A DNA stretch of 64,000 bases from NCBI GenBank assembly GCA_964016885.1, contig OZ024748.1:11842001-11906000 (forward strand), read 5' to 3'. This document shows, piece by piece, positions 12,125-25,927 of this stretch. The notes under the pieces were generated by a model. It saw only the letters and a program-made list of their open reading frames with translations, did not search any database and was not told where the DNA came from. Made by a program: the position numbers and the translations under genes. Numbering within the stretch: position 1 is the first letter of the stretch; each line of letters begins with the position of its first letter. This stretch comes from Eledone cirrhosa (Eukaryota).

Positions 12125-12305
12125 ATGGATGGACACCGACATCCAGAGTTGACACTGCACTCCATGCTCCCATGGGAGCCCCTGCATGGACACACTGGAA
12201 GAGGAAGACCAAGGTTAACGTATGTTGATGCCCTAAGGAGAGACACTGGTCTGTTGGAGATGCAGAACATGGCAGCGATAATGAGGGACAGAGACCGCTG
12301 GAGAG
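12125..12305 (+). mobile_element. RTE-clade LINE C-terminal fragment (different family)
   Basis: LPWEPLHGHTGRGRPRLTYVDALRRDTG..MRDRDRWR, a typical RTE ORF end. Confidence 0.7.
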
Positions 12306-12768
12306 AAAAACATGTTTCTAGAGAAAAGTAACAAGTCTATTCATGTTGCCATACATATATATATATATATGGCAATGTGAATAAACCTGTTATTTTTCTT
12401 TAAAACATTTTTTCCGATTCTGCGCCGTCCATCCCTTCAATATTTCTAATTTCTCAGTCTTTCTTCTGATGAAGAATTAGTGTCCAAAACATTAAGATCC
12501 TCTTCTTGCCATTTCAAGCATTAAACTAATATATTTCTTCCATATACTGTAGTGATTGTGTTGTTATTTCTGTTTACCTTTCACATATATATATATTTAT
12601 ATATGCATGTGTGTGGGAGTCCCGGGTTCAATTGGGGGTTAACCACAGTAAGTAAGGTACTCAATACATAGTAAAGTATATACAAAATTTAATATAGAAA
12701 TAGCTTATGCAGGACTAGAACAGATGATTTCCTTTGAAATTTCTATTTTAAATCTTATATATATATAT

Positions 12769-12971
12769 ATAGGAAAAAGTATGACCCTGGTGGCAGAGCT
12801 CAAGCTGTTTCGACGGCTATTTCTGGACTAAATATAGCAGAAATAGCCGTCGAAACGGCTTGAGCTCTGCCGTCGGGGTCATACTTTTTCCTATTTCCCA
12901 CTCTACTACCCTAAGTATTGAGTACTCTGGTGTGTTATGGTCCATCTGGTTCCTTACCACAATTCCTTTGT

Positions 12972-12972
<1 letters not shown>
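12769..12972 (+). mobile_element. Fold-back hairpin element in (TA)n, copy 2
   Basis: ~57-bp inverted arms at 12769-12894 and the same tail as copy 1. Confidence 0.6.
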
Positions 12973-13002
<30 letters not shown>

Positions 13003-13015
13003 GTATATATATAAA

Positions 13016-13320
13016 AGAAACTGTGTATAAGAAGGATAGGCTGTAGTGTGTGGGAGAGAAGACTGTGTTGGTATGGACATGTGATGTGCATGGATGATGA
13101 CCGCTGTGTAAAGAAGTGCCAAGAAATCCCACTAGAGGGAAGATGCAGTAGAGGAAGACCACGAAAAACATGGGCGGAGGTGGCGAGAGCAGACCGCAGA
13201 TCGGTGAAGCTCACGGAGGAGATGACAAAGGACCGTGACGAATGGAGAGATGCTGTGCTTAATAAGACCTGCCCCTCCCTTGCAAGCAGGGAAAAGTAGA
13301 TGTAAAATGATGATGATGAT
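13016..13320 (+). mobile_element. RTE LINE 3' end (short-UTR family)
   Basis: ERRLCWYGHVMCMDDDRCVKKC..RGRPRKTW, then cttgcaagcagggaaaagtagatgtaaaa(TGA)n. Confidence 0.88.
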
Positions 13321-13409
13321 ATTGTCTAAAGCTTTATTCAACAAATTTATATTGTAGTTACAGCTTCTAATGATATCCTTTCTATTGGGAGGAGTGCATT
13401 CCACATAAG

Positions 13410-13506
13410 AGAGGGTCCTCATGAAGTTGAGTGGCTCAGGTAGAGGGCAGCACTGGTTGTTCTCCATGGCAATGCTTTTGCCATTTTGTCTACAGCGAGT
13501 AACTAA
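13410..13506 (+). mobile_element. CRE-clade retrotransposon 3' remnant
   Basis: PHEVEWLR*RAALVVLHGNAFAILST, similar to the three other CRE-like pieces. Confidence 0.55.
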
Positions 13507-14309
13507 GATACACCACCCAGACTAGAGTGTAGAATCTGCTTCTCCCTCTCATTTCCTCTTTCATGTGGATTGACAGTATCGGTAGAGGGTCTGACGTCAT
13601 GCTTTGCAGCAAAGAATTGTGACCTTTACCTTCTGAGTTCAAATCCTGCCGAGGTTAACTTTGCCTTTCATCCTTGTGGGGTCGATAAAATAGAGAACCA
13701 GTAATACACTGAGATAATTGCTGGCCTTGTGCCAAAAGTAGAAACCATTATTTATTATATTATTTCATTATGTCGATAAAATAAAGTATCAGTAATGTAC
13801 TGAGTAATTGCTGGCCTTGTGTCAAAAGTAGAAACAGTTATTTATTATTAGGATGGATTGGCAGTACCAGTAACTCACTGGTGTCGATTTAATTGACTTT
13901 CAAGTCCCTCAAAATTGTTGGCCTAAATCACAAAACATTAACCCTTTAGCATTTATATTACTCTATATTTACTATTGTTTTCAGGGTAAAGGCTTTATCT
14001 CACATAGTATCGAATCTATGATATTTTGAGAACAGCCGGTGAGAGTATTCTAGCCGGATACGGCATTTAAATGCTAAAAGGTTAAAGTCGCAGGATTGAC
14101 ACTATCGGTAGAGCGTCTGACACCTTCGTCTTGTGTCTAAATCAGAAACCACCATTTATTATTAGTTGTCTCTTTTTTTATTATAAATATTATATAATCT
14201 AATTGAAATTTGTTGACTAAAACTTTAAGCAATATTGTATTATTATAATTTAGATGTAAGGTGAGTATTTCCATTTTTCATAATATGCATATATAAAGTA
14301 AACAAAGGT

Positions 14310-14582
14310 GAGGCGAAAACCGAGACACTCGTTCTCCCAAGGAAGCCTGTGCAGTGCACTCTACACGTGAATGGAGTTCCACTGAAGTAGGTAGAGAAAT
14401 TCAAGTATCTTGGGGCCATGTTCACAAGTGATGGAAGGCTGGATTAAGTGCAAGAATTGCAGGAGCTGGTGTAGTAATGTGCCAGCTTCAGCATTCAGTA
14501 ATCAGAAGGGAGGTAGTCGTAAAAGCAAAACTCGCTATCTTCAATTCGGTATTCGTGCTAACCCTTACTTATCGTCATGAAT
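14310..14582 (+). mobile_element. Expander/Rex3-like RTE fragment
   Basis: CTLHVNGVPL..VEKFKYLGAMFTSDG..KAKLAIFNSVFVLTLTY. Confidence 0.7.
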
Positions 14583-15687
14583 ATAAACACATGTAATAAA
14601 TACTATTAACTACTGCTAGGAACCTCATAAATACAACGCACCAAAATATATGACCAGAGCAAGAGAAAGAAAAAAAAAAGGTGCCACAATCGGCCGCACA
14701 TCACAAGGGTCAACTATTAACATTATCTACCATGTGTGAGGGTAGTGAATTGGCAGAAACATTAGAGTGCCAGACAAATGCTTAGTTGTATCTGTTCTTG
14801 GTTCAAATCCCGCCTTTTATATTTCTGAAGTCGATAAACTAAAGTATCAATGAAGCCCAAGAGATGACAAAATCCACTTTCCTCAAGCCGACAAAAATTA
14901 TATACCTCGTGTGTTCAGGTAAGGGACACAACTGTGTTAGAATTTGTGGGTTGTTTCCCTTGGATTATATCTTTACACTAAAGGCTATTATTGCGACTGT
15001 CATACTTAAATGACAAAAAATACAGATGGAAGGGACTTAGTGTTTTTATTTTACATCGAGCTAACGGATAACCTGCTACGTAGCCACTGGATGTGCAGGA
15101 AATAACAGCCAAATCTCCATAAAAATGGTAGAACACATCGGAAACTGTAGTCCTAGATACATTATGCTTGAAAAAAACAACAGGACTATCGCTACTGGAG
15201 TTCTTTTAATTAAGACTACAAAAAATAAAACTACTGGAATTTACCTACAACGACTCTGTCATGTAAAAAAGACAATATGTAAAAAGATCAAAACAACACA
15301 ACCTTTGTGTGTTCATCCTACACCTCCCAGGACAGGTCGCATGTCCTTCTGGCATTAGATAGAGACAGACTGCAATATATTTTTCGAACAATCCCTTTAT
15401 GCCTCAAGTCTTAATGCTTGTTTCACCACCAACAACCACAATAGTGCCAATACCACCAACACCACCAACACCAGTCACCACTAACACCATCATCTCTCAA
15501 ATATAATGCAAATAACACCACTAATACCACTGGCAACGATGATCTCATAAGTTTTTTAAACACCATTAGAATTCACACCAATAGAAATAAGTGCAGGGTA
15601 AAAATAATTGCTATGTTTCCGTGGAGTTTACTTCTGCTGTGCCACTCAATGAAGGAAGTCCACTGTATGAAGGAGCTCAACAGTGTA

Positions 15688-16233
15688 GCCTCCTCTGTGT
15701 GACTGCCTCTGTGACCTCCTCTATGTCACCTCCTCTGTGTGACCTCCTCTGTGTGACTGCCTCTGTGACCTCCTCTATGTCACCTCCTCTGTGTGACCTC
15801 CTCTGTGTGACCTCCTCTTTGTGACCTCCTCTTTGTGACCTCCTCTATGTGACCTCCTCTGTGTGACCTCCTCTGTGTGACCTCCTCTTTGTGACCTCCT
15901 CTATGTGACCTCTTCTATGTCACCTCCTCTGTGTGACCTCCTCTGTGTGACCTCCTCTATGTGACCTCCTCTGTGTGACCTCCTCTGTGTGACCTCCTCT
16001 ATGTGACCTCCTCTATGTGACCTCCTCTGTGTGACCTCCTCTTTGTGACCTCCTCTATGTGACCTCCTCTGTGTGACCTCCTCTGTGTGACCTCCTCTTT
16101 GTGACCTCCTCTATGTGACCTCCTCTGTGTGACCTCCTCTGTGTGACCTCCTCTGTGTGACCTCCTCTGTGTGACCTCCTCTATGTGACCTCCTCTGTGT
16201 GACCTCCTCTGTGTGACCTCCTCTGTGTGACCT
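15688..16233. repeat. 14-bp minisatellite (gtgacctcctctgt)n, ~39 copies
   Basis: Directly visible; variation mostly at one position (g/a/t). Confidence 0.95.
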
Positions 16234-16859
16234 CCACTGAATGACTTCCACTCTGTAACCACCACTGTGTGACACAACAAAGGAGCTTTGTTGCAATCAA
16301 TCTGCTAGAGAAGGCACCAAAATCTTCCTCAAACCACACTATCATTTTAGAAAAGGACACGTTGGATGGTGAAATAAAGTGTCTTGCTCAAGGACACATC
16401 GGCTGGTCCGAGAATCGAACTCACACCCTCATGATTGCGAATCCAACTCTTTAACCATTAAGTCTTCACATGGTTGAGGAGTGACCTTTTTAACCACCCA
16501 TCCATGCTTGGTTAGTCTTAGGTCCTTCCATGCTGGGTAACATCAGCTAGTCCGGGAATTGAACTTGCAGCCTCACAATTGTGAATCCAATTCTTGAACT
16601 ACTAAGGCACGCACCTTTACCAAACAGCATACCATTCCCTTTTGATATAAAAGGCATTTCTATTAAATTAGCCACTCCTCTGTTGGACACAGGTTTCAAT
16701 AGCAGCAGAGATAGGGATGGGTGGGTTTAGTGGACTATGATAGCCAGAAATATTGGAAGAAGAATAAATCTTGGGGAAATCTCCTTTTCTTAGTGGTGTA
16801 TTGTTAGACTGTTTTTACCTGAATAGGTGATTTATTCTTTAAGTCTAAAAATCTGTCTT

Positions 16860-17325
16860 GAGCCAGGAAGCTCATCAGGCTGGTGTTTATCCCAGTGCCT
16901 ATTTCTGTGGCGTAAAGCAACTGAGAGTACACGACTCCTCTCTGGACAAGACGCCAGTCCATCGAGGGGTTAACCCCTCTATCAGATATTGTTGGTAAAC
17001 ATTTTCAGCTGAGTATACAGGAGCAGCGTGAAATAAAATGTTTTGCTCAAGAACACAACACACAACCCAGTAGAGGAATCGAATCCACATTGTGGGATTG
17101 GCAGTATCGGTAGAGGGTCGGACGCCATGCTTTGACGCATAGAGTTACGGCCCTTGCCATTCTGAGTTCAAATCCCGCCAAGGTTAACTTTGCCTTTCAT
17201 CCTTACGGGGTCGATAAAATAAAGTACCAGTAATGTACTGGATAATTGCCGGCCTTGTGCCAAAAGTAGAAACAATTATGATCGTAAAACCAACACCCTT
17301 ACCTTTTGATCATCTGCCTCCACTG
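16860..17325. mobile_element. Old CORE-type SINE (-) interrupted by a younger family 1 SINE (+, ~17092-17280)
   Basis: The old element resumes after the insert; flanks attgtg / attatg resemble a TSD. Confidence 0.7.
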
Positions 17326-17949
17326 AGCATCCCACAGGCACGTGTACTCTTAACATGATTCTCTGGGAGGTTCAGTATGACAAGGCTGGCTTTTTGTTTT
17401 GTTTTTTTGTTTTTAAATACATATGCAGTCAATCTGACGGGCTTCCAAACCGTTTCCGTCTACCCAATTTCACTCATGGATCAAGACTTGGTAAGTGATA
17501 TTTGTTTAAAATGTCACGCAGTGGGATCGAACCCGGGACCTGACCTAACGATTACGAAACGAACTTCTTAACTATCCAGTCACGCTGCCTCCACTGTCGC
17601 TAACAAAATATAATTAAAACAACTTTTAAATGTTTCTGCAAGTGTCACTTTCAGAAGTGGAGATGTTTAAACGAAGCTAGACGATCGATTAGGTGCTAAG
17701 AACAACTTTATTTTCCAACCAACTCCATCAGTCCTGCAAATCATCCCATATGAAAAACCGGGTTGTCAGTCGATACTACTTACTTTTTAAATCGATTGAT
17801 CTGAGAGAAAAAAAATATATACAAATAAATCAGCAGCCATCCCATTAAACGAATGTTTAGTAAATTAACAAGGACAGACATTAGAGATAAAATTAAAATA
17901 AAATAAATTTAATTAAAGAAAAATAATCCCCCTCCCCACCTCGCCTCTA

Positions 17950-19014
17950 TTATTATTCTTTATTAAAAAAAACCCGCGAGTCTTAGACACTGGATGAGTC
18001 CGTCTAAATTGCTACTACATCCGGGCTATCGGGCTACTAGCTAGCTGATTGGTTAATTTTAGATTTTGCGCGTGTATGTGCATGCGTATATGTGTGCGTG
18101 CATATGTTAAGGAGCAAAAAACGTCTGAGATGACGGCTTCTTCGCTGGCGACGTATTTGTCTCGACGAACGCCATTGGTTGCTTTGTTTTATTTGATCAT
18201 TTGGCCCTTATCTTCTTCATAATGTCTTCTTCATCGTATAACACGCACACGCAATAGTATTTGTTGTCTATCTGATGCGTTGTTTGACAAAATTCCGTCC
18301 AAACAACACGTGTCAATCAAATGAAAACAAGACAACAAAAAAACAAAAAAAAAAATTTCCATAACACTTTCATTTATTTTCACTATAACGTTGAATCGAA
18401 ATAATATATAACTTTATAACTATACATGATAAATTATATAAGCAAATATCTTTTTTCGTTTTATTTCTCCAAAGTCATTTTTAAATGACCACCAACCAAA
18501 CATTGTTAGTTTAGATAAATAAAAAAAATTATAAAAACAGAAGAAAAGAAATCCTTCAAAATAATAACAATGCGCAACCCGGTTTGAAATATTCGTCAAG
18601 ACCGGGAGCCACTTTCACTTCGACCAGTAATCCCCCTTTGCAAAAGGAAAGGCATGAACGTCACCAATTCTCGCTCTACATAACGCTTCTTTCTTCAGTG
18701 ACAGACAGATAGTAAAAAGGCGTCACGATTCTACGAAATATCGATGAGATCAATAATTTACAAAAAGCCTTTATTATTGAAAAGCAGAAATGCTAAGCGA
18801 ATTAACCAATGAAATCGCTCGTTACTTCTGACTCAGGCTTGCAAGGATGGGGGAAAATAAAAAACAAACAAAAATAACAAAGATAAAGCCATTCACATAC
18901 AGACACACACACACATACACATCGTGCAAGATGTTTAGAGATTGTACTTTAAAGTGTTGTATAAAATATATCCGCGCCTAATTTGGTTTAATTTCTTAAC
19001 TTGGATATACGTAG
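17950..19014 (+). promoter_or_regulatory. Probable promoter and non-coding first exon of the CHD gene
   Basis: Repeat-free and CpG-retaining, with several CCAAT/ATTGG boxes (~18048, 18175, 18664, 18806) and CRE-like cgtca. Ends in a consensus donor TAG|GTAAGT at 19014/19015. Assignment to CHD is inferred. Confidence 0.55.
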
Positions 19015-19884
19015 GTAAGTTTTAAAAGAAACCCACTCTCATTGCTTGAATTACTGCTACCTTTATTGCTCTTGTAATCCTCATTACCTTTTTAATTATC
19101 CATGTTGATCAAATTGTATCTTGTCTATCAAAATGTTTTCCCCCCCTGTCTCGTCTCTTCTAGCTTTATATATACATATATATTTATATATATATAGAGA
19201 TAGATAGATAGATAGTGTGTATATATTTATATATTACTACGGTGCTTGGTGTGTAGTAGTAGATGTAGAGACAGTATTTTTGTCTGTATATAAATATATT
19301 TTGTGGCGCTACTCCAGCATGAGTTGAGCTACAACGGTTTAAAACCAACTAAAGAACAATATTATTATTGTGTAACTGAACTACAGTGCTTCATATATGA
19401 CTAACTCGAAATACAGTAGATTTGTACAAGTATTGGAAGAATTATAAGCTTTAGTTTCTCTCTCTATATATATATAAACATATTTAGTGTGTATGTATTA
19501 TGAAAGTGCTCGATGTATATATATATATAAATATATACATATATAAGGAAAGTAGTCGGTTCGATTGATCTCTTTATATGCGCTTATTTATTAGGAGTGA
19601 AAAATCGTTTTTATCGTCGTTGTCATTTTGCTATTTTTATTTCAATATAATTATACATAGTAAAAAAACCAGGCTGCACCCAATCAACACGCAAACCTAT
19701 CTTTAAATGACTTAAACTAACAAAAGACATGCGAGACAGTTTTTCATTTTTTTTTTCTTTTTGTCTGTGTTCTAACTTAATTTAACTGGAGTTAAACCCC
19801 ACGTGAATTTTCGAATATTTTGCGATTTGATGACTGTCTTTGATGAACTGGTATGATAGAATATATATATATTTTTAAATGTCG

Positions 19885-20390
19885 GTGAGATAGAGAGATA
19901 GACAGATGGACAGGAAGAGAAGGATGAAGGATAAAATAAAAGAAAAGAAAATTCGAGAGAAAGGAGAGGGAGATGTAGGTAAGAGTGTGAAGACCAGCGA
20001 GCAGCTGGACAGACCGAGGACATGGAAGGTAAGGAGGGGGCACAGGCAGACAGGAAGAGAAAGATAGTGAAATGATGGAGAAAGAGATGAAGGATGGTGA
20101 TAGGTGAGCAGATAAAGTGGTGAGATTGAGAGAGGTATATAATAGATAGAATGAAGAGCGTGATCAATGTAAAGAGAGAGAGAGAGAGAAAAGAGGCAGA
20201 GAAATAGGGGCAACAAAGAAATAGACAGTGATGGGATAAGAGAGAGACAGAGAGGGGTAGATGTAGAAGAGCAAGTAATATAGGAGTTATGAATAGAAAG
20301 AAAGAGAGAAGCAAATTAATATAGGAAGAGGGAGATTGAATGTAGATATACATGGAGAGAGAAAAGTACTATATATACACACACATGTAT

Positions 20391-20426
<36 letters not shown>

Positions 20427-20640
20427 CAAAGACTGAAAAGGAATAGAAACAAAAAAAAGTGAGAACCAGAGATAAAAGAAGGACGATTATAGACAAAGAA
20501 AGATGGTGAGTTTTATTAAGTATGAGCTAGGAATTAGGCGAGGGAAGGTAGCTAGAAATTGAAAGACAGGCATAGTGAGAGAGAGAGAGAGAGATGGTGA
20601 TATGGAGAGTAAAAGGTTAGCTGCTATGGAGAGAGAAGTC
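19885..20640. repeat. GA-rich low-complexity tract
   Basis: Purine-rich simple sequence; similar tracts at 27730-28000, 38215-38440, 56410-56640 and 61400-61800. Confidence 0.9.
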
Positions 20641-21323
20641 AGCAGTTAGTTGACGATCAACAACAGCATGTTAGACCAATACTACACAATTATTTTACAC
20701 TACACTACACATTACACTATACTACTCCACATTTTATACATCGTCTTCTAAACAGATACTGCACTCACGCTTTCTCATTGTCTAATGAACACACTAACAC
20801 ATACACACATGTATGTATGTATGTATATACACACAAATATATTTATAAAAATAATATTGACACTCCATTTGATACCGTATTGATTATACTTTAAAGAACA
20901 CAAGTTGTAAAGTGCTTTACGTCTGTTTACGATTAAAGTCGGTAGATTATTTGATCAACCAACGTTTCTTTACTTGAATAATATATATAATATACACATA
21001 TGTACTCGCTGTCTCTTCAACCTACTCCCACTACTACAATAATGTCCAGTTTTCTATAAATGATTTACTTCCTTAATCCCTATGTTCTGAATATGTGTTG
21101 TGTTTATATTGTCATTTCTCTTGATTCCGTACACAAATACATATATGTCTATGTAGTATTCATATTTGTATGTAAACATATGATTCACTCGTTGGCGCTC
21201 TCTTTCACACTGTAAACTCTCTCTTTCTCTCATAAACACACATGTCCATTACTTTACCCCAAAACAATCTGTGTTTGTGTATATTCTTGCATTCTCAAGC
21301 AAACACGTGTGTGCGAGTATATT

Positions 21324-21366
<43 letters not shown>

Positions 21367-23067
21367 GATCGACGACTGAGAGAAAAGAGTACTCAATACC
21401 GAAGATTTTATTAAGGCTAATTAGTGAGTCTTGATACTCTGGAGTTTCACCTATTTATCACTGGGTCATGATAAACAGGCGAAACTCCAGAGTAACATAC
21501 ATGACTCACTATTTAGCCTTAATAAAATGAATATATATATATTTCTACCAGCCGAAATTCGATTCTCGCTGAATTATATATATATAATATCTCGGGTTGT
21601 TGATTTAATTATAATTATTACTATAGGTGATTCCAGTTTGATCACCTACTGCATATACGTGAAATAGGTTGATATTCGGTATATATATATATATATACAC
21701 ATTATTGATCACGTACATACATCGATCTTGCGTAAAGAGATCTGCATTTCCCCTTCCGCAAAATAAATAAAATAACCCCTCCCTCCTCTCATATTCCAAT
21801 GTTTTGTATATTCGTTTATACCGTCATTCCTTTATTATTGCCAAACACTGCAGATAAAAAACGGGTTCGTTTATACTCTAATTCTTTTATTCCTAAATAC
21901 ATCCAAACTCAATTTCCTTTAGTACTTGTTATTAAGAAAATTGGTGAATTTGGCGGAGTCTTTAGAACTGTTGGACTCACTAAGTTCAGATCCCGCCGAA
22001 GTCAACTTTGCTTTTCATCATTTCGAGGTCTATAAATAAATAAAAAAGTACCAGTCCTCTACTGGGGTTGGTTTTTTTTCTCTATATCTTTTTCTCCCTT
22101 CCTCTCCTTCTCTGGAAGAAACTGTGTTCAAACCCGGAGAAGAATGAAGTCCATCAGGTTTGCAATAGCCAGAGATAGACCATATGTCACTACGGTGCCA
22201 ATACGACTTCATCAGGAATTAGGGGATCCAGGGGCCCATATTTATTATGATGTCTCGTTCATTTACACTTTACAGCTATATTTCATAACACTCACTACGT
22301 TGTAGGACCTTGTTTTTATTGGGCGGTGGTTAGTTCAGTTCTTCCTCTCTGCATCTTCTTACATCAGTTTGTGTTACACTATCTCATGTTACACTACATT
22401 GTTACATCACACCGTGTTACACTGCACCATGTCACTACATACACAGGCTCACTACACTCAAAATATATCTTAGTCAACATCGTTTACGTGAACCCCTGTT
22501 TACTTTTTACAGTCATCTCTCCAATTCTTTATTGAGGATAGCGACAGCTTCCCCTTTATGTAACAACTTCGTTGGTGTTTTTGTGTGACCACAGGTCAAC
22601 TACAATCTAGCAGACCTAAGTAAGATGAAATTCGTTTCAGTTGTGACCATCTCGTATTTCATTTAGTCTAGTCTATATGTGGTCACATTAATCAGCGAAG
22701 GGAAACCTTTAGGATGGCCTCTGAGATTACTGACCCGAATGAACACAGCTAAAGTTGACTCCGTTCAAAGCACGCACCCTAGAGCCAGCTTGTAACGGTG
22801 TTCTGGGTGATCTTAAGAATATTTCAACCTCCAAGCAAAGCAATGTTCTTGGCCCCATAAGTTGCTTTATGATGTTGAAAGTCTGTTTTGTAGGATGTCG
22901 TTTTTTAGTGCACACGAGGAAAGGCAAAGTTTTTAATTAGTATTACATCTTTCAAATTGAATCTCAGGGTTCTCCCGACACCTTCCTAAATATGTCTCTA
23001 CTATTAGATGACTTTGGTGGTGTTAAACCGGGCAACAGATTAAGTCTAGAAATATATATTTAATATG

Positions 23068-24082
23068 TAGGAGGTTCGACTGAAAAGCTCATAGGCTGAG
23101 GCTGACTATGAAGGAGTGATGCTAGAGCTGTGAAATCTTGCAAGCAACTCTTCTTATTAATAACTACAATGTTGAAAAATAAATCTCATTTGGTCATTCC
23201 ATGAGAGTATCTTGGTCAGCCGATATTCGTATGTGTGCGCGTGTGTTATTGTTGTTAAACACACGACTGCTTTCGAGTTTCAATCTTCTATTTGTGTAGC
23301 AGCAGGAGTGTTGAGTAATTGACGAATGTTTCAGATACTTGTTTGGGTATAATTGAAAAGAGAGGATCTGATCTCTCTCTGCGAGATTGATTTTCACTGG
23401 ATCCACTTCATAAAAATTACGAAACCATTCAATGATGTGTCACCTCACCAAGTCATTTGTGACACATGACAAAGTATTTCTTCGCCCTCTCTACCTCTGC
23501 ATGCATCCGCTTTAAAACAACACTAGATTTCGAGCTGACGCGAGTGAGTGCCTCTACGTGGTTGCTTGCCCTAAGCTGTTAGAAATAGTAGCGAAATCTA
23601 CCACTTTCTAAATCACACACATCTTTGCTGTCTTAGAAAAAAGGACATATTAGTCCTACGTGAACTGAGATTTTTATCATATGTCTGATGGATCTGGGTT
23701 AAACAAGATATATATATAAATATATAGGAGGATCGGCTGGAAAATTCATAGACTGACCAAGATACTCCCATGGAAAGAAACAATGCAGTTATTAATAAAA
23801 AGAGTTGAAATTAATGCATGCAAGATTTCACAGCTCTAACATCACTCCTTCATAGTCAGCCTACGAACTTTTCAGCTTACCCTCGTACACACAAACACGC
23901 ACACATACACACACAAACTGTTATGGAATCACTGCGTATTTTCCGCTATTATACAACAATTGTTTGTCATCTTTTGTTTCAAAGACATACATCTTTTGTC
24001 AAAGCTGCTGTTTATTTTCGTTTTCGTTCGCCTGATGACAAACGACGAGCGTTCGTTCATCTGTCTTTTTTTTTCTTTCCCA

Positions 24083-24128
<46 letters not shown>

Positions 24129-24506
24129 CTATATATATCTTGGTCGGTTGACATATATATATATTTATATATATCTTGGTCGGTTGACCAAGATACTCTC
24201 ATGGAATGACCAAATGAGGTTTATTTTTCAACCTAGACCCTGGAAAGAAACAATGAAGTTAGTAATAATAAGAGTTGAAATTAATGCATGCTTGATTTCA
24301 CAGTCTTAGCATCACTCCTCTATAGTCAGTCTATGCACAAGATACTTTCATGGAATGATCAAATGAGGTTTATTTGTCTACATAGTCCCTAAAAAGAAAC
24401 AATGTAGTTATTAATAAGGAGGGTTGAAATCAATGCATGCTTGATTTCGCAACTCTAGCATTACTTCTTCATAGTCAGCTTATGAACTTTTCAGCTCACT
24501 GTCGTG
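23068..24506. mobile_element. Cluster of mariner-like MITEs (best copy 23725-23887)
   Basis: Terminal repeats of type TA-cgaggg..gctgaaaagttc.taggctgac with TA flanks; 3-4 related copies share the internal segment. Confidence 0.7.
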
Positions 24507-25374
24507 TATATGTATATACATATATATATATATAGTAAAAATCACACACTTAAGTTATTGTTTTATCGCTTCTTATGAGTGATGATGACGATATTGTGTG
24601 GAAGAAATATATATTCTCCTTGTTCATGCCACTCGTTATTTCAGATTTTATAATTACGCATTAGTACTATTGCTATAGGTGGGTAGCAAACCCCTCACGG
24701 TATAAACACGATGTAAATAAACTTCATGTATTGGAAATTATTTAATTTCTTTTCTTTCACACTGCTGATGTCATCGAGAAATAAATGTGCGTCACATTTC
24801 ACTTCCTGTTGTCTACAGATAGATAGATAGGTGGATATATATTAATATAATTACTATAGTGAGGGCGGAGGTGTGGGGGTATTTTAATATAATTGTCGTA
24901 GTGAGTTAGGGTAGAGGTGGGGGTAATATTTCGTGAACCAAGACTGATCCTGTGATCCCTGTTCCGCATCACTCGTTGATAACTGTGGAAGTATGGAAGG
25001 TATAAAACGTGTGTTCATTTCACCTTTTATTCACGTGAGGTTTCGTGTTTACGTAAATAATTTAACGTTATTGATACTTTTAGTAGGAGATGGATGAATG
25101 CTCGCAAACAATCCTATTTTTCCGTGCTTTTATTATTATTTTTTTTAAATCTTGAAATATCCGACAAACTGAGGAAACTCGGATTTTCGATTGGTTTCCA
25201 TAACAAACTAGAAGCGGAAGCATAGAGTTTAGGATGTTGAGGGTTTCTTACACGCACCAGGATCCATGTTTTATTACTTGTAAATACATTATGTACACAA
25301 CATGAACGTGTATATAGCAGTAACACATACATATATCATGTATTTAACACTGGTTACTGAAATACTTTATGCAG

Positions 25375-25438
25375 TTTCACTTTTTGCTTGAGCCCGTTAC
25401 AAGCTTTGCACAAGGCTTCGTTGGTACCGAGGCTTAGG
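25375..25438 (+). other. Candidate non-coding 5' UTR exon (or 3' end of an alternative first exon) of the CHD gene
   Basis: tactttatgcag acceptor and strong AGG|GTAAGT donor in non-repetitive sequence. Confidence 0.3.
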
Positions 25439-25814
25439 GTAAGTAAAGAGGCTAGTATCGGTCAGTTAGAGATCTGTTTGCCTATGAAACCATCTTCTCC
25501 CTCCATATCTATCTATCTGTTTGTTTCTTTTAATGTTTTGGTTAGTTGTAATAATTGTTAAAGTCATCTTAAGACAGGCGGGCACGTGTAGTGTGATCAT
25601 TAAGTGAGTGATCACATTTCAACAAAAGACAACGTCGTTTGCTAAGAAGTACCTAATTAAATGGGTTGATTCATGCCTCTTGATTAAGAGGTTATAGAAG
25701 GGATGTATCGAAGTTTTCACCATGATTTTGAAGAACACGTTGACTGCTATTTCTAGCAGGTCGAACAACCATTATTTTATAATATACGATATTATATTTT
25801 ATAATGTATGTATG

Positions 25815-25927
25815 TACAGGGTGCCCCCCCCAAAAAAAAAATGCATACCCACTTCAACAGCATTCTAATAAATATTGCCTGTACAGGTAATCAAGGTATG
25901 TATACATTTTTTGGGGGGACACTATAT
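25815..25927. mobile_element. Tc1-like MITE
   Basis: TA-cagggtgccccc ... ggggacac ends. Second copy at 35321-35444; half copies at ~34890 and ~37890. Confidence 0.7.
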
